Assembly (NCBI RefSeq): GCF_009914755.1
Contig: NC_060931.1
Direction: 5' to 3' (one strand)
Length of the DNA stretch: 64,000 nt
DNA from: the human T2T-CHM13v2.0 reference genome, Homo sapiens
How positions within the stretch are numbered: position 1 is the stretch's first letter; every line of letters starts with the position of its first letter. The position numbers were made by a program, and so were the translations under genes. A model generated the notes under the pieces. That model did not search any database. It saw only the letters and a list, made by a program, of their open reading frames with translations, and was not told the DNA's origin. This document shows, one piece after another, positions 62,959 to 64,000 of this stretch.

Positions 62959-63219
62959 CGTTACTGTCATTGTAATACTCCATGATGTTGTTCAGGGTCT
63001 CCATAAAGATGTCCTCCCTGGCCTTCTGAACTTGGCTCTGCTTCTCCCAGTCCTCTACTCCTTCCACGTGTCTCCATGGTCCCAGGGGCTCAGGCTTCCT
63101 GTCTTCACTGTTGTAGTGGAAGAAGGCACGGCCATTGAGGAAGACAGTACCCTGCAGCCTGTGGGTGCCTTTGCCAGGCCTGGACAGCCCAGTGTAGAGA
63201 TAGGTCAGAGAGTAATGAC
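62959..63219 (-). pseudogene. AZGP1P2: AZGP1-like (zinc-alpha-2-glycoprotein paralogue) MHC-I-fold alpha1 exon; likely the unprocessed pseudogene AZGP1P2, continuing beyond the window end
   Basis: 261-nt exon with ttttgcag| acceptor and |GTCAGT donor. Translates to [13 protein letters not shown]...[24 protein letters not shown], collinear with ZAG alpha1 as I recall it. The symbol is assigned from the recalled position next to FIS1. Confidence 0.88.
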
Positions 63220-64000
63220 CTGCAAAAGAAAAGACTCTGAGGGCTGGGGTCCATGCAAGGGTGTCCCATTGTGGGGCTGCAGAGGGCCAGGAGGGGAGGC
63301 CTGGCCACTGGCCTCTTCCTCCCCAGCTCTCTCCTCTGCCATCAGCTTCACACCATTGGAGCCTCACTCAAGGAAACAGGCTCTACTTTCATGCTGGGGA
63401 TGATATTTCAGAGACCATTCTGTGTCTTCACTACAGAAGTTAATCTGCTTGGCACAGAAGAAGATAACATTTCTCAGCCTCCTTATAGATAGATTGGAAC
63501 CATACGACTGAGCTTTGTCAAACAAGAATGTGACTGGAAGTGACTGATGTCTTTCTTCTGGTCCAAGACCCTACCACCTGGCTTTCCCCTACTGTCTCTT
63601 ATCCCTTTTGTTGATGACTATGGAGACCACAGGATGAAACAGAAGAGTCCCAAGATGCAAACAGCCCGGATCCCTGAGTCACCCTGTGGAGGAGAGGAAC
63701 CTTGCCCAATCTGCATTGAACTTAACATGAGAAATAAACATTTCTAGTCTAACCGGACAAATACATATAGTTAGAAAGTGTAGGGAGGTGGATTTACTAG
63801 AAAACTCAAGAAGTGACCTAGAATGGATCAGCATAGGGTAAGGCTAGGAGACCTCTCGGAATTCCTGGCATTGTACCTTGCAGTTTGGTACAAGATGGAA
63901 GTTGAGAGAGTGGGACATTTCCACAATTAGTTCCATAGTTAATTTAGAATATAATTTACACGAGTGTTAGTAACGTTGGAGGTCATATGGCAGATTTCTA

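Overview
Alu-saturated primate genomic DNA. I recognise it as human 7q22.1 from the gene content. It holds two complete minus-strand genes whose exon structures I reconstructed base by base: CLDN15 (5 coding exons, 228 aa, CDS 13044->7873) and FIS1 (5 coding exons, 152 aa, CDS 20467->15269). The right end carries the alpha1-domain exon of an AZGP1 (zinc-alpha-2-glycoprotein)-like paralogue. The ~35 kb between FIS1 and that exon looks like plain Alu/L1/LTR filler, but removing the Alus mentally reveals a graveyard of heavily decayed C2H2 zinc-finger genes. One keeps a recognisable KRAB-A / KRAB-B / finger-exon architecture just downstream of an orphan CpG-island promoter at ~27.3-28.0 kb. Two more plus-strand finger arrays follow, with a possible fourth on the minus strand. 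Two unusual retroposition products sit inside Alu A-rich linkers. One is a U6 snRNA retrocopy fused to a ~190-nt CpG-rich, promoter-like non-repeat sequence, with a poly(A) tail and a 15-bp TSD. The other is a 5'-truncated SVA2-like element. Repeat-family and paralogue assignments come from remembered consensus sequences, not from database searches.
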